Shown: positions 17,283 to 26,731 of the stretch, one piece after another | Layout: every line of letters starts with the position of its first letter | Position numbering within the stretch: position 1 is the stretch's first letter | Assembly: GCF_016806735.1 (NCBI RefSeq) | Contig: NZ_CP060530.1 | Coordinates: 1 to 32,000 of the forward strand | Source of the DNA: Candidatus Micrarchaeum sp. | GTDB taxonomy: Archaea; Micrarchaeota; Micrarchaeia; Micrarchaeales; Micrarchaeaceae | Length of the DNA stretch: 32,000 nucleotides | Reading direction: 5' to 3' | Program-made: the position numbers and the translations under genes | Notes under the pieces: generated by a model | The model's database searches: none | The model's input: only the letters and a program-made list of their open reading frames with translations | What the model was told of the DNA's origin: nothing

Positions 17283-18135
17283 CCTGCTTTTCGAATAGAG
17301 ATTTCAACAATAGTTTAAGATGCCCTGCTTCTTTAAGCCTTCTGTATGAGTAGGATATCCACTGCTCTCCGAAAGGCACGTAAATGGACATTTTATTGTC
17401 CTTGGCTAGTTGCACGGCAAGCCTGTTCCTTATGCCTTTGAGCATGGCATAGGTGACCTTGCGCTTGTATTTCTTGTTTAGCTCAATTGACCTCTTTATC
17501 ATTTCTGTATCATGAGTTGCTATTGTAAACTCTGTGCACTGCTCGTATGCCATCTGCATTAGTTTTGCGTAATTCCGCGTTACTTCTCCCCACGTAGTAA
17601 AGCTCTTCGACTTGCTTGAGGAATATGCACCCTTCACCAACCTTATGATTCCACCGGACTTCGATATGCGTTGAAGGTCGGATTCCGTGCGCTTGAGGTA
17701 TGCCTGCAGGCATATCCCAACGCCGCCCTGCTGCACCTCTGAGAGGTACATTTTTATTGTGCTGTCAACTACCGGTTCCCCTTCCATATCAAGCCATACG
17801 AATACTGAAGATAGCCTGGCGTTCTTGACCAGCTTGGAATAATTGCCCATTGCCTCTTGTTCGGACATTGAAAGCCCCAACTGCGTAGGCTTAACGGATA
17901 TGTCGGCGTTTATGTTGTAATTCTTTATGTAGCGCATTAGGCGTATGTAAGTGTCAACTGTGGAATCGACCATTTCCTGCTTTGTTATATCCTCCCCCAG
18001 GTAGTTTATTATCGTCCTTATGCCAAGTGAATTGAAATGCGTGGAGCTTTTTATTGCGTCTTCCATTGTAGTTCCAGATATCCAGCGCGATGCGAATATA
18101 TGCTCTACTATATCGTTAAAATCCATCCGAAACAC
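17275..18135 (-). CDS. Proline dehydrogenase (monofunctional PutA-like TIM barrel)
   Basis: 286 aa with typical blocks INYLGE, VKPTQLG, IRLVKGAY and ATHD. The start is either GTG at 18135 or ATG at 18126. Confidence 0.8.
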   Translation of the reverse strand: MFRMDFNDIVEHIFASRWISGTTMEDAIKSSTHFNSLGIRTIINYLGEDITKQEMVDSTVDTYIRLMRYIKNYNINADISVKPTQLGLSMSEQEAMGNYSKLVKNARLSSVFVWLDMEGEPVVDSTIKMYLSEVQQGGVGICLQAYLKRTESDLQRISKSGGIIRLVKGAYSSSKSKSFTTWGEVTRNYAKLMQMAYEQCTEFTIATHDTEMIKRSIELNKKYKRKVTYAMLKGIRNRLAVQLAKDNKMSIYVPFGEQWISYSYRRLKEAGHLKLLLKSLFEKQGV

Positions 18136-18180
18136 TGAGATTCAAAATCATTTTAATTGCTTAGAAAAGTTAGTTATAGT

Positions 18181-19926
18181 TTACTGCTCGCCGTAAATAT
18201 ATCTCTTTCCCCTTAATGCGGACGCTATTGCAGCTATAAATGACATTATCGCACCGGTATATAGCACCAGCGCCAGGCCATCATGGAAAGGCTCCGATAT
18301 CAGCGTCGGGAAGAATATCTTGCCTATCACATAACTTTGGTTCGCCGAAGGAAGCGAAGCAAGCACTGTAGGATTTATCAGCGATTTCATCGGATTGTAG
18401 CCAAGTAAGCCTGCAAAAAGCGCTGACGTAGGGGGCAGGTGTGATACTCTTGTAGCTTCCGAAACAGGAACATGCTGGGCAACCAAACCGCTATAGAGCG
18501 ATGGGCCCAAATGTACCGAAAGACCAACAACTAGAAGCGTGAAGAATATGGCTATGCTGAATATCAGGGATATGTTAGTGAATGTCGCCCTCATGCCAGA
18601 AGCCCCTCCGCGCTGCTCCGGAGGAACCGAGTTCATTATTGCAGTAGTATTTGGTGCGGCGAATAGACCCTGGCCTACCCCTATTATGAATATTATTACA
18701 GCGAAATAGGCATATTGGAATTCTGCAGGGACGAATGCAAGCATTATGAAACCTATGCCGTTTATAGTCATTCCAAGAGTAGAGAATAGCCTGGCACCGA
18801 ATCTGTCGGAAAGATATCCGGATATTGGGCCGAATATCAGGAACCCAAAAAGCAGCGGCAGTATAAGTATCGCAGCCCTGAACGGAGTCTGCGAGAATGC
18901 AACCCCATGGAGGGGCAGCCATATGGCCTGCAGCCATATTATTATCATGAATTGCAGCCCTCCTCTGGCTATTCCTGCAAGGAGAAGGCTAAGATTGCCG
19001 AATGCAAAAGCTCTTATCTTGAACAGGGCCAGCTTGAACATAGGGTACTTTGCTTTGAGCTCTATTATTCCGAATAGCGCCAGCATTAGTATTCCGGCAA
19101 TCATACTGCCTATTACGTAAGGGCTTTTCCACCCCATCGTATTGGTGCCGTATGGAAGAAGGCCATAGGTTAGGGCCAGCAGGATAAGAGTAAGGCCTAA
19201 AGTAAAGCTCACATTGCCCACTATGTCGAATTTTTGGCCCTTCTTTATTGTGGCAAGCTCATGCAGGGCCAGATATGCCCATATCGTGCCCACTATGCCT
19301 ATTGGCACATTCACAAGGAATATCAGGTGCCAGTCGAAGCTTGAGAGTATTCCGCCAAGTATAAGCCCAAGTATTCCTCCACCTATCCCTGCAATCTGGT
19401 TGAAGCCTATAGCTTTGCCCCTTTCGTTTGCCGGGAACGCATCTGTCAGTATGGCAACACTGTTTGCAAAGAGGAAGGCTCCGCCTACTGCTTGCACGAG
19501 CCTGAGCAAGACCAAGGACAATGCGCCGTTTACGCCGGTTATGTACAATGAGGAAATGTAAAGGCCTATTGAGCCAACTGTGAATACAGCAAAGCCTATG
19601 TTGTACAGCTTGACCCTGCCGTACATGTCGGATAGCCTGCCTATCGTTACGACTATGACCCCAGATACGAGCATATAGCCGAGGAGCAGCCACAGCAGAA
19701 GCGCTATGTTGCTGGCTATGAGAGGATTTACGCCTAGGCCGGAGAACACTGCCGGAAGGGATATTATCAGTATAGTACCGTTTATGGCAGACATCAGTGC
19801 TCCGAGGGTAGTATTGGAGAGCGCTATCCATTTGTAGTTCTTTCCATATTTGCTTTCACGTTCGCGCTCTTCCCTGTCCTCTTCCATGTACGCCTTCGGT
19901 TCCGCAAGCCTTTTTTTGGAAACCAT
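18181..19926 (-). CDS. MFS transporter, DHA2 (EmrB/QacA-like, 14-TMS) family
   Basis: 581 aa and multi-spanning, with the MFS motif GRLSDMYGRVKLY after TM2 and a 14-helix-type length. Confidence 0.8.
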   Translation of the reverse strand: MVSKKRLAEPKAYMEEDREERERESKYGKNYKWIALSNTTLGALMSAINGTILIISLPAVFSGLGVNPLIASNIALLLWLLLGYMLVSGVIVVTIGRLSDMYGRVKLYNIGFAVFTVGSIGLYISSLYITGVNGALSLVLLRLVQAVGGAFLFANSVAILTDAFPANERGKAIGFNQIAGIGGGILGLILGGILSSFDWHLIFLVNVPIGIVGTIWAYLALHELATIKKGQKFDIVGNVSFTLGLTLILLALTYGLLPYGTNTMGWKSPYVIGSMIAGILMLALFGIIELKAKYPMFKLALFKIRAFAFGNLSLLLAGIARGGLQFMIIIWLQAIWLPLHGVAFSQTPFRAAILILPLLFGFLIFGPISGYLSDRFGARLFSTLGMTINGIGFIMLAFVPAEFQYAYFAVIIFIIGVGQGLFAAPNTTAIMNSVPPEQRGGASGMRATFTNISLIFSIAIFFTLLVVGLSVHLGPSLYSGLVAQHVPVSEATRVSHLPPTSALFAGLLGYNPMKSLINPTVLASLPSANQSYVIGKIFFPTLISEPFHDGLALVLYTGAIMSFIAAIASALRGKRYIYGEQ

Positions 19927-19929
19927 GAA

Positions 19930-20517
19930 TCAAGCACCCAATACAGATTTTATTGCTTCAATTTCTTTGCTTGAAAGCAACACTCTGCATTCGCTGTCAT
20001 TTATGAAGAACTCCAGCACGGTCTTGCGCAGCTCTTCTTTGTCTATCGTCTTCCTAAGTATGTCCTCTGTGTCTTTTCCTTCAATCATTTTGCCTGCGGC
20101 ATCAGCCCATGAGCTTAGCACGCGAGCGTATTCCATGAGCATGTTAAGCTGCTCTACAGAAAGAACGAACTTCTGCAGTTCGCCGAATTTTTTGGCCTCT
20201 GCATCGGAAAGCTTTTTGCCGTTATTCTTTTCTATGTACTCGCTATACTCCTTATGCAGCCTGCCGGAATCGTCTATGAGATTGTTTATCAGGTACATTG
20301 CCTCCTCTACGTCAGCATTTGCCTCGCTCGAGAATAGGGTACTGCCGTTGACTGCTATATGGCCCGATTCTATCTCCCTGTTGAGGAGCTTTATTGCCCT
20401 GTCTATGAGCTCTTCCCTCATTTTTACAAGCAAATCTTCGCACGCTATCCATGAGGGTATGCGGCTTTCATCGATATCGCTAGCTCCGGGTCCATGTTCT
20501 GCAGTCATCGAATGCAC
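19930..20517 (-). CDS. Hypothetical acidic, predicted all-helical protein
   Basis: 195-aa ORF with coding-like composition and no motif I recognise. Its stop lies 3 nt before the MFS ATG. The start is either GTG at 20517 or ATG at 20508. Confidence 0.5.
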   Translation of the reverse strand: MHSMTAEHGPGASDIDESRIPSWIACEDLLVKMREELIDRAIKLLNREIESGHIAVNGSTLFSSEANADVEEAMYLINNLIDDSGRLHKEYSEYIEKNNGKKLSDAEAKKFGELQKFVLSVEQLNMLMEYARVLSSWADAAGKMIEGKDTEDILRKTIDKEELRKTVLEFFINDSECRVLLSSKEIEAIKSVLGA

Positions 20518-20568
20518 TAGTTAGCTTATTATTATTAAATATGAATTATGGATAAAAAGGTATAAATT

Positions 20569-21366
20569 ATGAAAATAAATCTGATTATAGACAAATATCA
20601 TAACGACAAGGCCCACAGCATAAGGAGAGCTTTGGAAAGGAGAGGATTGGCAATTTCCGCTTCAGGATACGAAATGACGCTTTTTGTTGGAGGGGACGGC
20701 ACATTTGCGAACAAATCTTTGGAATTCGATGACAGGCCTGTTTTGTTCCTGAGCAGGAATTGGAACAAGCCAAACGGTAGCGTGAGCTACAATGCGCAGG
20801 CGAACATAGATTCCAAGAGCCTTTCCAAGATCGTGAAGGCCATTACTGCAGGAGATTACAGGATTGAGAAACAGCCTGTGCTCAACGCAGTCTATTCTGG
20901 GAAAAAGTATTCCTCTCTGTACGATTTCTTTGTGGAAAGATATGTGACAAAAGAAGCAATGAGGTATGAGATAACAGTAAGGAATGGAAAGAAATCGTTC
21001 CGCACTTACGCGATATCTAACGGATTCATAATAACAACGCCGTTAGGCTCTACGGGATATTACTCTTATCCAGACACGCTTAATGGTATGAAGCCGAAGC
21101 GGATAGAAAACGGGAAGATAGGATTGGCACACATATTGCCCGTTAGGATAAAGGATTTTTACGGCAGCAAAAAGGCAGCCCCAGAGATCAGGCGCACTTT
21201 CAGCGACCATGCAATAGTCCATGCAACAATAGAAAGGGACGTGGGCCAGATAATGTTCGGAACTGCAGGCAATAAAGGGATCAGAATACGCGCAGAAAAG
21301 CGCATCGATTTTTACATAAATAAGAAGAATTCGCTTAAAATGGTGCTGCTAAATTTCAAACATTAG
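20569..21366 (+). CDS. ppnK: NAD kinase-like protein (divergent)
   Basis: It has the GGDGT motif (LFVGGDGTF) and a second NADK block, NGFIITTPLGSTGYYSY. The region corresponding to GIN-G-LGFL is poorly conserved. Confidence 0.6.
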   Translation: MKINLIIDKYHNDKAHSIRRALERRGLAISASGYEMTLFVGGDGTFANKSLEFDDRPVLFLSRNWNKPNGSVSYNAQANIDSKSLSKIVKAITAGDYRIEKQPVLNAVYSGKKYSSLYDFFVERYVTKEAMRYEITVRNGKKSFRTYAISNGFIITTPLGSTGYYSYPDTLNGMKPKRIENGKIGLAHILPVRIKDFYGSKKAAPEIRRTFSDHAIVHATIERDVGQIMFGTAGNKGIRIRAEKRIDFYINKKNSLKMVLLNFKH

Positions 21367-22408
21367 ACCCGGTTATAACCGCAACTGTGCTGCCCTTGGG
21401 TTTTAGCCTGTCAAAGGCTGCGAGCGTGGATACTGATGCGAGCTCTGCAACCAACCCGTAATCCTTTAAGAACTTTTTTTGCTCGCTTCTCAATGAATCT
21501 TCGCTTACCGAAATTGCAGTCCCTCCTGTTTTTCTTACGGCTTCAATGCCCTGGTCACCGTATGTAGGATATCCAACCGCTATCGCATCAGCAGAAGTCA
21601 TTGGCTTCCGATATTTTATCGCAGAACCCGTTGAATAAGCATCGACAAGTGGCTTGCATTTGTCCGACTGTACGGCTATTATGCGTGGTGTGCTTTTCAT
21701 TGATTCGGATTTCTTCATCTCGGCTATGGCTTTGTAAGTAGCGCTCAGGAGCGTTGCATTTCCCACTGGAACAATGACGTTTTTGACTGCTTTTACAGCA
21801 TTGCCGATTTCGTACATTATCGTCTTCTGGCCCTCTTTGCGGTAGCAATAGTCTCCACAAAGGAACGCCTTGTGTTTTTTAGAATATTCTAGAGCCAGGC
21901 CCTGGGCCTTGGTGAAATCCCCGTTTACCTTATGCACATCAGCGTCGCCAACACTTTTTATGTCGTTTATTTTGTCCGTGTTCGCGTTGTCGCTTATGAA
22001 TACCTTTGCCCTGAGCCCGTAGAGTTTCGCGTAATAGGTTATTGAATATGCCATGTTGCCTGTGGACGCACACACAACTTCGCCGAATCCATATTCTGCG
22101 GCTTTTGCCACTTCTATTGCTGAGCCTCTATCCTTGAACGAATGCGTTGGATTGAAGAACTCGAGCTTGAGCTTAAGGCTCTCGCCGTATTTAGACGCAA
22201 TTAATGGAGTGTTCCCCAGATAAAAATGCACATATTTGCCGGACGGCATGACCTTTTCCATATCCCAAAACGAGTTTATTTTGCTTATCTTTGGCATCTT
22301 GGCTTCATAAATTACTTCGAGGATTCCAGAGCATTTCTGGCATACCTGCGAATCGTAATCGCTTTCAAATGTCGAACCGCAGTTCGTGCATTCTAGATGG
22401 TATTTCAT
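21356..22408 (-). CDS. Threonine synthase-like PLP-dependent enzyme with N-terminal zinc ribbon
   Basis: The N-terminus has CTNCGS...CQKCSG. The PLP-Lys motif is NPTHSFKDRG, with a Gly-rich loop further on. At 350 aa it is short for ThrC, so the exact activity is uncertain. Confidence 0.6.
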   Translation of the reverse strand: MKYHLECTNCGSTFESDYDSQVCQKCSGILEVIYEAKMPKISKINSFWDMEKVMPSGKYVHFYLGNTPLIASKYGESLKLKLEFFNPTHSFKDRGSAIEVAKAAEYGFGEVVCASTGNMAYSITYYAKLYGLRAKVFISDNANTDKINDIKSVGDADVHKVNGDFTKAQGLALEYSKKHKAFLCGDYCYRKEGQKTIMYEIGNAVKAVKNVIVPVGNATLLSATYKAIAEMKKSESMKSTPRIIAVQSDKCKPLVDAYSTGSAIKYRKPMTSADAIAVGYPTYGDQGIEAVRKTGGTAISVSEDSLRSEQKKFLKDYGLVAELASVSTLAAFDRLKPKGSTVAVITGSNV

Positions 22409-22416
22409 TAAATCGC

Positions 22417-23784
22417 TCAGAGTTGCTTATGGCCGTTTATCTTTTCCTTCAGGTGCTTATAGTCTATTGCACCCAGTTCAGATTCTATTTTTCTTTCGTC
22501 AATCCCTATGTCCAGTAGCGTGCACATGTAAACTATATCATCTATTGCGCTCTGCAGGCTTGATGTAGCACCTGGGGAGGGAGTTATGTTGAACATTATG
22601 TTATTGCCCCTTATCTTGGATGCGCCCATGCTAAGGAATCTCTTATTTTCGTCTATTATCTGGGGTCGTATGCCGCCATAGTTCTTGTCAAAGCGTATTT
22701 TATCCGGGCTGAGTGACGGCACTATCTTTGAAACCTCGTTTTTTATGAACAACGGTTTGCCTACAATTGGCAGAGGGTACATCATGTTCTTGCGCATTAT
22801 CCTGCGTATGTCCTTGTTGCCGATTATATTGAAAAGGCTCTGTATTGTAGGTATGTCAAAATCAAATGTTCTTAGGTAATCGAGGGTTGTTCCCCTCTCC
22901 CTGACTTCTAGCGAAAGGGGAAAGCTGACAGTAGGGCCGAATCGGGTTATTTTTGGATTTGTTATCTCCGGATCGGCGTGTATGGCAGCGAAAGGTATGC
23001 CGCCGGCCTGCACCCTGTAGACTTTGCCGTTAAGTACCCGCGGAGCCACGTAAAAGCCCCCACCAACTGACAGTATTGAAAGGTTCCTGTCGTAACCTAG
23101 CTTTTTTGCAAAGTAAAGGCTGTATGTCCCAGAAGCGAATATTACGAATCTGCCCTTGAAGCTGCCTTTGTTCGTGATTATTTCGTGGCCGTCTTCTATC
23201 GGATTGGCAGTTAGGCACCTGCAGTTGAATATGAATTTTACCCCTTTACTTTTCGCCCTTTTGTAGAAGGATTTGGCAAGAAGCCCGAAGTTGACCATGT
23301 AACCCTTGTCCGATAGCAATGCAGATACTGTTTCCGAGGGATCCCTGCCCTTCACGGTGTTGGGCTCTACCTTTGCAAGCTCCTTGCGGCCAAGCTTCCT
23401 TAACCCTGGAAAGAGCTTCCTCATTCCTTTAGAGTATATTTTGTCTATTCTTTCGGCTTCTTCATCTCCAACTGCAAGGACCATCTTCTGCACTTCGGAT
23501 ATTATCCTTGAGCTTTCGCTTTTCGGTATAAGGCTCGAGTACTTCAGCACGCGTTCTGCAGACGCTTTTGTATGGGCTGCTTCCTCTAGCGTATAGTTGG
23601 TCTCTATGTCCCCGAAATGGAGTGTCTGCGAGTTGTTCTTTGAATCCGAGTTCAATGGCGCTATCCTGTCATACTTTTCTATGACCAGGATTGTCTTTAT
23701 TGACGAATATCGCGAAGCCACGAAAGACAGGGCAGAGCCGGTTATGCCTGCGCCGACTATTATAAGATCGTAATAATCCTCCAA
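22417..23784 (-). CDS. mqo: FAD-dependent malate:quinone oxidoreductase-like enzyme (Mqo family)
   Basis: It has the dinucleotide fold DLIIVGAGITGSAL and the blocks NSQTLHFGDIETNYT, KVYRVQAGGIPFAAIHADPE and NITPSPGATSSLQSA. From memory, these closely resemble epsilonproteobacterial-type Mqo. The TTG start is preceded by a GAGGTG SD that overlaps the acnA stop. Confidence 0.65.
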   Translation of the reverse strand: MEDYYDLIIVGAGITGSALSFVASRYSSIKTILVIEKYDRIAPLNSDSKNNSQTLHFGDIETNYTLEEAAHTKASAERVLKYSSLIPKSESSRIISEVQKMVLAVGDEEAERIDKIYSKGMRKLFPGLRKLGRKELAKVEPNTVKGRDPSETVSALLSDKGYMVNFGLLAKSFYKRAKSKGVKFIFNCRCLTANPIEDGHEIITNKGSFKGRFVIFASGTYSLYFAKKLGYDRNLSILSVGGGFYVAPRVLNGKVYRVQAGGIPFAAIHADPEITNPKITRFGPTVSFPLSLEVRERGTTLDYLRTFDFDIPTIQSLFNIIGNKDIRRIMRKNMMYPLPIVGKPLFIKNEVSKIVPSLSPDKIRFDKNYGGIRPQIIDENKRFLSMGASKIRGNNIMFNITPSPGATSSLQSAIDDIVYMCTLLDIGIDERKIESELGAIDYKHLKEKINGHKQL

Positions 23785-23793
23785 TGCGGCACC

Positions 23794-26592
23794 TCAATTT
23801 TCTTTTGATATCTTTTTGAGGACATAGTTTAATATTCCACCATATTTGTAGTACTCAAGTTCTATCGGAGTGTCTATCCTGCTCTTAACCTGCGCAGATT
23901 CAACGCTGCCTGTCTTTTTGCTTGTGTACTTTATTTTTATGCGCGACCTTGGTCCCATATTTTGGTCAAGCTCTATAGTTATGGGCTTTGAATAGTCTAT
24001 CCCTAGGGTATTGTAGTCCTGGCCACTTTCGAACTCAAGTGGAATTATACCCATGCCTACGAGGTTGCTCCTGTGTATTCTTTCGAAGCTTTTTGCAATA
24101 ACCGCTTTTACGCCTATCAGGCTAGGACCTTTTGCAGCCCAGTCTCTCGAGCTTCCAGAGCCGTATTCGCTTAGGGCAAGCACTACTGTGGGCGTGCCGC
24201 TTCCCATGTATTTCATGGCTGCATCGTATATCGGCATTTCCCGCTTTTCGGGAAGATATATCGTGTAACCGCCCTCCTTTCCATTCATCATTATGTTTTT
24301 TATCCTGTTGTTCGCAAATGTGCCGCGCATCATCACTTCGTGGTTTCCCCTTCTGGAGCCGTACGTGTTGAAATCCTGCGGCTTTACCCCGTGCTCGATA
24401 AGATATTTTCCTGCTGGGCTGTCCGTGCCTATGGCACCGGCCGGTGATATGTGGTCAGTTGATATTGAATCGCCAAAAACTGCAAGAACTGACGCATTCT
24501 CTATGCTTTTTACTGACGTTTCCATCTTGTCCAGGCTTTCGAAGAATGGAGGAAGCCTTATGTATGTGCTTGAGTCCTCCCATTCGTACACCTTGCCCTT
24601 TGGGCTCTCAAGCTTGTTCCAGTAGGGGTTGACATCGTAGATATTGGCGCCGTATTCCTTGTTGAACATGTCAACGCGTATCGCCTTGTGTACCGTTTCC
24701 GCTATTTCTTCATTGCTTGGCCATATGTCTTTCAGGAAAACAGGCTTGCCATCGGATCCGTTTCCCAGAGGCTCCTTTGTCAGGTCTTTCATCACAGTGC
24801 CAGCTATACCGAAAGCTATCAGCAGCGGAGGAGACATCAGATAGTTGGCACGCACGTCGCGGTGTATTCTGGCCTCAAAATTCCTGTTACCGGAGAGAAC
24901 AGAAGCTACTGCTATATTATTCTTGTTTATCGCATCGCTCTGGCCTTCTATCAATGGCCCGCTATTTCCTATGCAGGTTATGCAGCCATATCCTACGAGT
25001 TCGTAGCCGAGCTTTTCCAGCGGCTCCATCAGGTTTGCCGCTTTCATGTATTCCGTTACGACCCTTGAGCCCGGGCCGAAGCTTGTCTTTACCTTTCGCG
25101 TGTTTACCTTTAGCCCCTTTGCTATGGCGTTCCTTGCAAGAAGCCCAGCTGCTATCATAACTGATGGATTGCTCGTGTTTGTGCAGCTTGTTATAGAAGA
25201 TATCACCACATCTCCGTCAGATATTATCTCCTCGTGGCCGTCCTTGTATTTTATCTTTGCATGTTTTATGCCGTCATTGCTTATCACTGCATCCTTTATT
25301 GCGCCGTTCTCCGGTGCCTCGCTTTCCTCAGACCAGCGCGTATAATCCTCCATGCTCATTTTTTCTTCGGCCTTGAGGCTCCCGTTTTCTTTTAGGAACA
25401 GCTTTGTGAATTCGTCTTTTATTTCGCCAAGCGGAATCTGCTGCTTTGGCTGGCTTGGGCCAGAGACGCTTGGGATTATTGTACCGAGGTCTACGTTTAT
25501 CACATCGCTGAATTCGACCTTTGAGTAGTCGATACCGAAAGACTCCTGGGCCATATAGTATTTCCTTACAAGTTCGACCTGCTCGTCGCTCCTGCCGGTG
25601 CTCTTCATGTACCTAAGGGTTTCTTCGTCAGGGGGAAATATCGCTATCGTGGCGCCGTATTCCGGGCACATGTTAGAAAGCGTTGCCCTGTCTGGAAGCG
25701 AAAGGTTCTTCAGTCCCTCCCCGAAAAATTCTACGAACATGCCTACAACTCCGTGATCCCTGAGTATTTTCGTAAGCGTTAGGGCAAAGTCCGTAGCTGT
25801 TACGCCCTCGTTAAGTCTGCCCGTCAGCTTGACTCCGACCACTTTTGGAGTCGAAAATGACACAGGCTGGCTCAGAAGCGCTGCTTCCGCTTCTATGCCG
25901 CCTACGCCGAACCCTACAACCCCTAAACCGTTTATCATTGTCGTATGCGAATCTGTTCCGACAAGCGTATCTGGGAGCGCAACGTATTTACCATCTGACT
26001 GCCTGAGCGTGACGCATGTTGCCAGGTATTCGAGATTCACCTGGTGGCATATACCCGCAGAAGGCGGAAAGACCTTGAAATCCTTGAAGGCCGAGCTGGA
26101 CCATTTCAGGAATTTGTATCTCTCCGAGTTCCTTTCTATCTCCTTCTCTTGGTTTATTGCCATTGACTGGATAGTATTGAATGAATCGACCTGCACCGAG
26201 TGGTCTATTATCAGGTCGACATTTATCGTGGGTTGTATGGTTTCTGGAGTCATACCTTTGTCAACGACGAACTGGCGCATCGCCGCAAGATCGACCACTG
26301 CAGGAACGCCAGTGAAGTCTTGCATAAGTATTCTTGAAACCTTGAACGGCACATCCCTATCAGAGGGGTTTTTGGCATCCCATTCCAAAAGCGCCTTGAC
26401 GTCATCCATAGTTATGCTCGTGTTGTCCACATTTCTTAGCAGCGATTCCAGCACAACCCTAATCGAAAAAGGCAGGCGTGATATGCTTCCAAGACCGCTT
26501 TTTTGCAGAGCAGGAAGCGAATAGTATTCTACTTCCTTTCCAGAATCAAGGCTTAGTTTAGCGACAAAAGATTCATTTCCTTTACCATCCAT
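23794..26592 (-). CDS. acnA: Aconitate hydratase A (AcnA/IRP type)
   Basis: 932 aa with the Fe-S ligand blocks VGTDSHTTM, ITSCTNTSNP and CITCIGNSG, plus the C-terminal swivel domain GSGSSRDWAAKG. Confidence 0.95.
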   Translation of the reverse strand: MDGKGNESFVAKLSLDSGKEVEYYSLPALQKSGLGSISRLPFSIRVVLESLLRNVDNTSITMDDVKALLEWDAKNPSDRDVPFKVSRILMQDFTGVPAVVDLAAMRQFVVDKGMTPETIQPTINVDLIIDHSVQVDSFNTIQSMAINQEKEIERNSERYKFLKWSSSAFKDFKVFPPSAGICHQVNLEYLATCVTLRQSDGKYVALPDTLVGTDSHTTMINGLGVVGFGVGGIEAEAALLSQPVSFSTPKVVGVKLTGRLNEGVTATDFALTLTKILRDHGVVGMFVEFFGEGLKNLSLPDRATLSNMCPEYGATIAIFPPDEETLRYMKSTGRSDEQVELVRKYYMAQESFGIDYSKVEFSDVINVDLGTIIPSVSGPSQPKQQIPLGEIKDEFTKLFLKENGSLKAEEKMSMEDYTRWSEESEAPENGAIKDAVISNDGIKHAKIKYKDGHEEIISDGDVVISSITSCTNTSNPSVMIAAGLLARNAIAKGLKVNTRKVKTSFGPGSRVVTEYMKAANLMEPLEKLGYELVGYGCITCIGNSGPLIEGQSDAINKNNIAVASVLSGNRNFEARIHRDVRANYLMSPPLLIAFGIAGTVMKDLTKEPLGNGSDGKPVFLKDIWPSNEEIAETVHKAIRVDMFNKEYGANIYDVNPYWNKLESPKGKVYEWEDSSTYIRLPPFFESLDKMETSVKSIENASVLAVFGDSISTDHISPAGAIGTDSPAGKYLIEHGVKPQDFNTYGSRRGNHEVMMRGTFANNRIKNIMMNGKEGGYTIYLPEKREMPIYDAAMKYMGSGTPTVVLALSEYGSGSSRDWAAKGPSLIGVKAVIAKSFERIHRSNLVGMGIIPLEFESGQDYNTLGIDYSKPITIELDQNMGPRSRIKIKYTSKKTGSVESAQVKSRIDTPIELEYYKYGGILNYVLKKISKEN

Positions 26593-26731
26593 TCAAACAC
26601 CGATTTTAAATATCTAAGAAAATTTATAACGTGTTATGTGATGCTGCTTTGATTGGCCTCCAATATTTGCAAAGTCAACGCGAACCAAAAAGCACTATTA
26701 AATTTGCCATCTATTAGCTATTGGTGTTTAA

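Noticed and set aside
19850-20524. 224-aa plus-strand Ser-rich ORF opposite the orphan acidic protein gene
   Set aside because: It has a low-complexity poly-Ser/Leu composition, typical of the reverse complement of a Glu/Lys/Leu-rich helical protein. The minus-strand frame is tightly coupled to the MFS gene. The minus-strand call is itself only moderate confidence.
21371-21380. Perfect 10-bp palindrome GGTTATAACC in the NAD kinase / thrC-like overlap zone, resembling the suf operator motif
   Set aside because: It lies inside the thrC-like coding sequence (…VITGSNV). A short AT-rich palindrome is plausible by chance, and there is no independent support for a regulatory role.
25829-26524. 231-aa plus-strand ORF (and several smaller ones) inside acnA
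   Set aside because: The aconitase frame on the minus strand is unambiguous, with Fe-S ligand motifs throughout. The antisense ORFs have no recognisable features.
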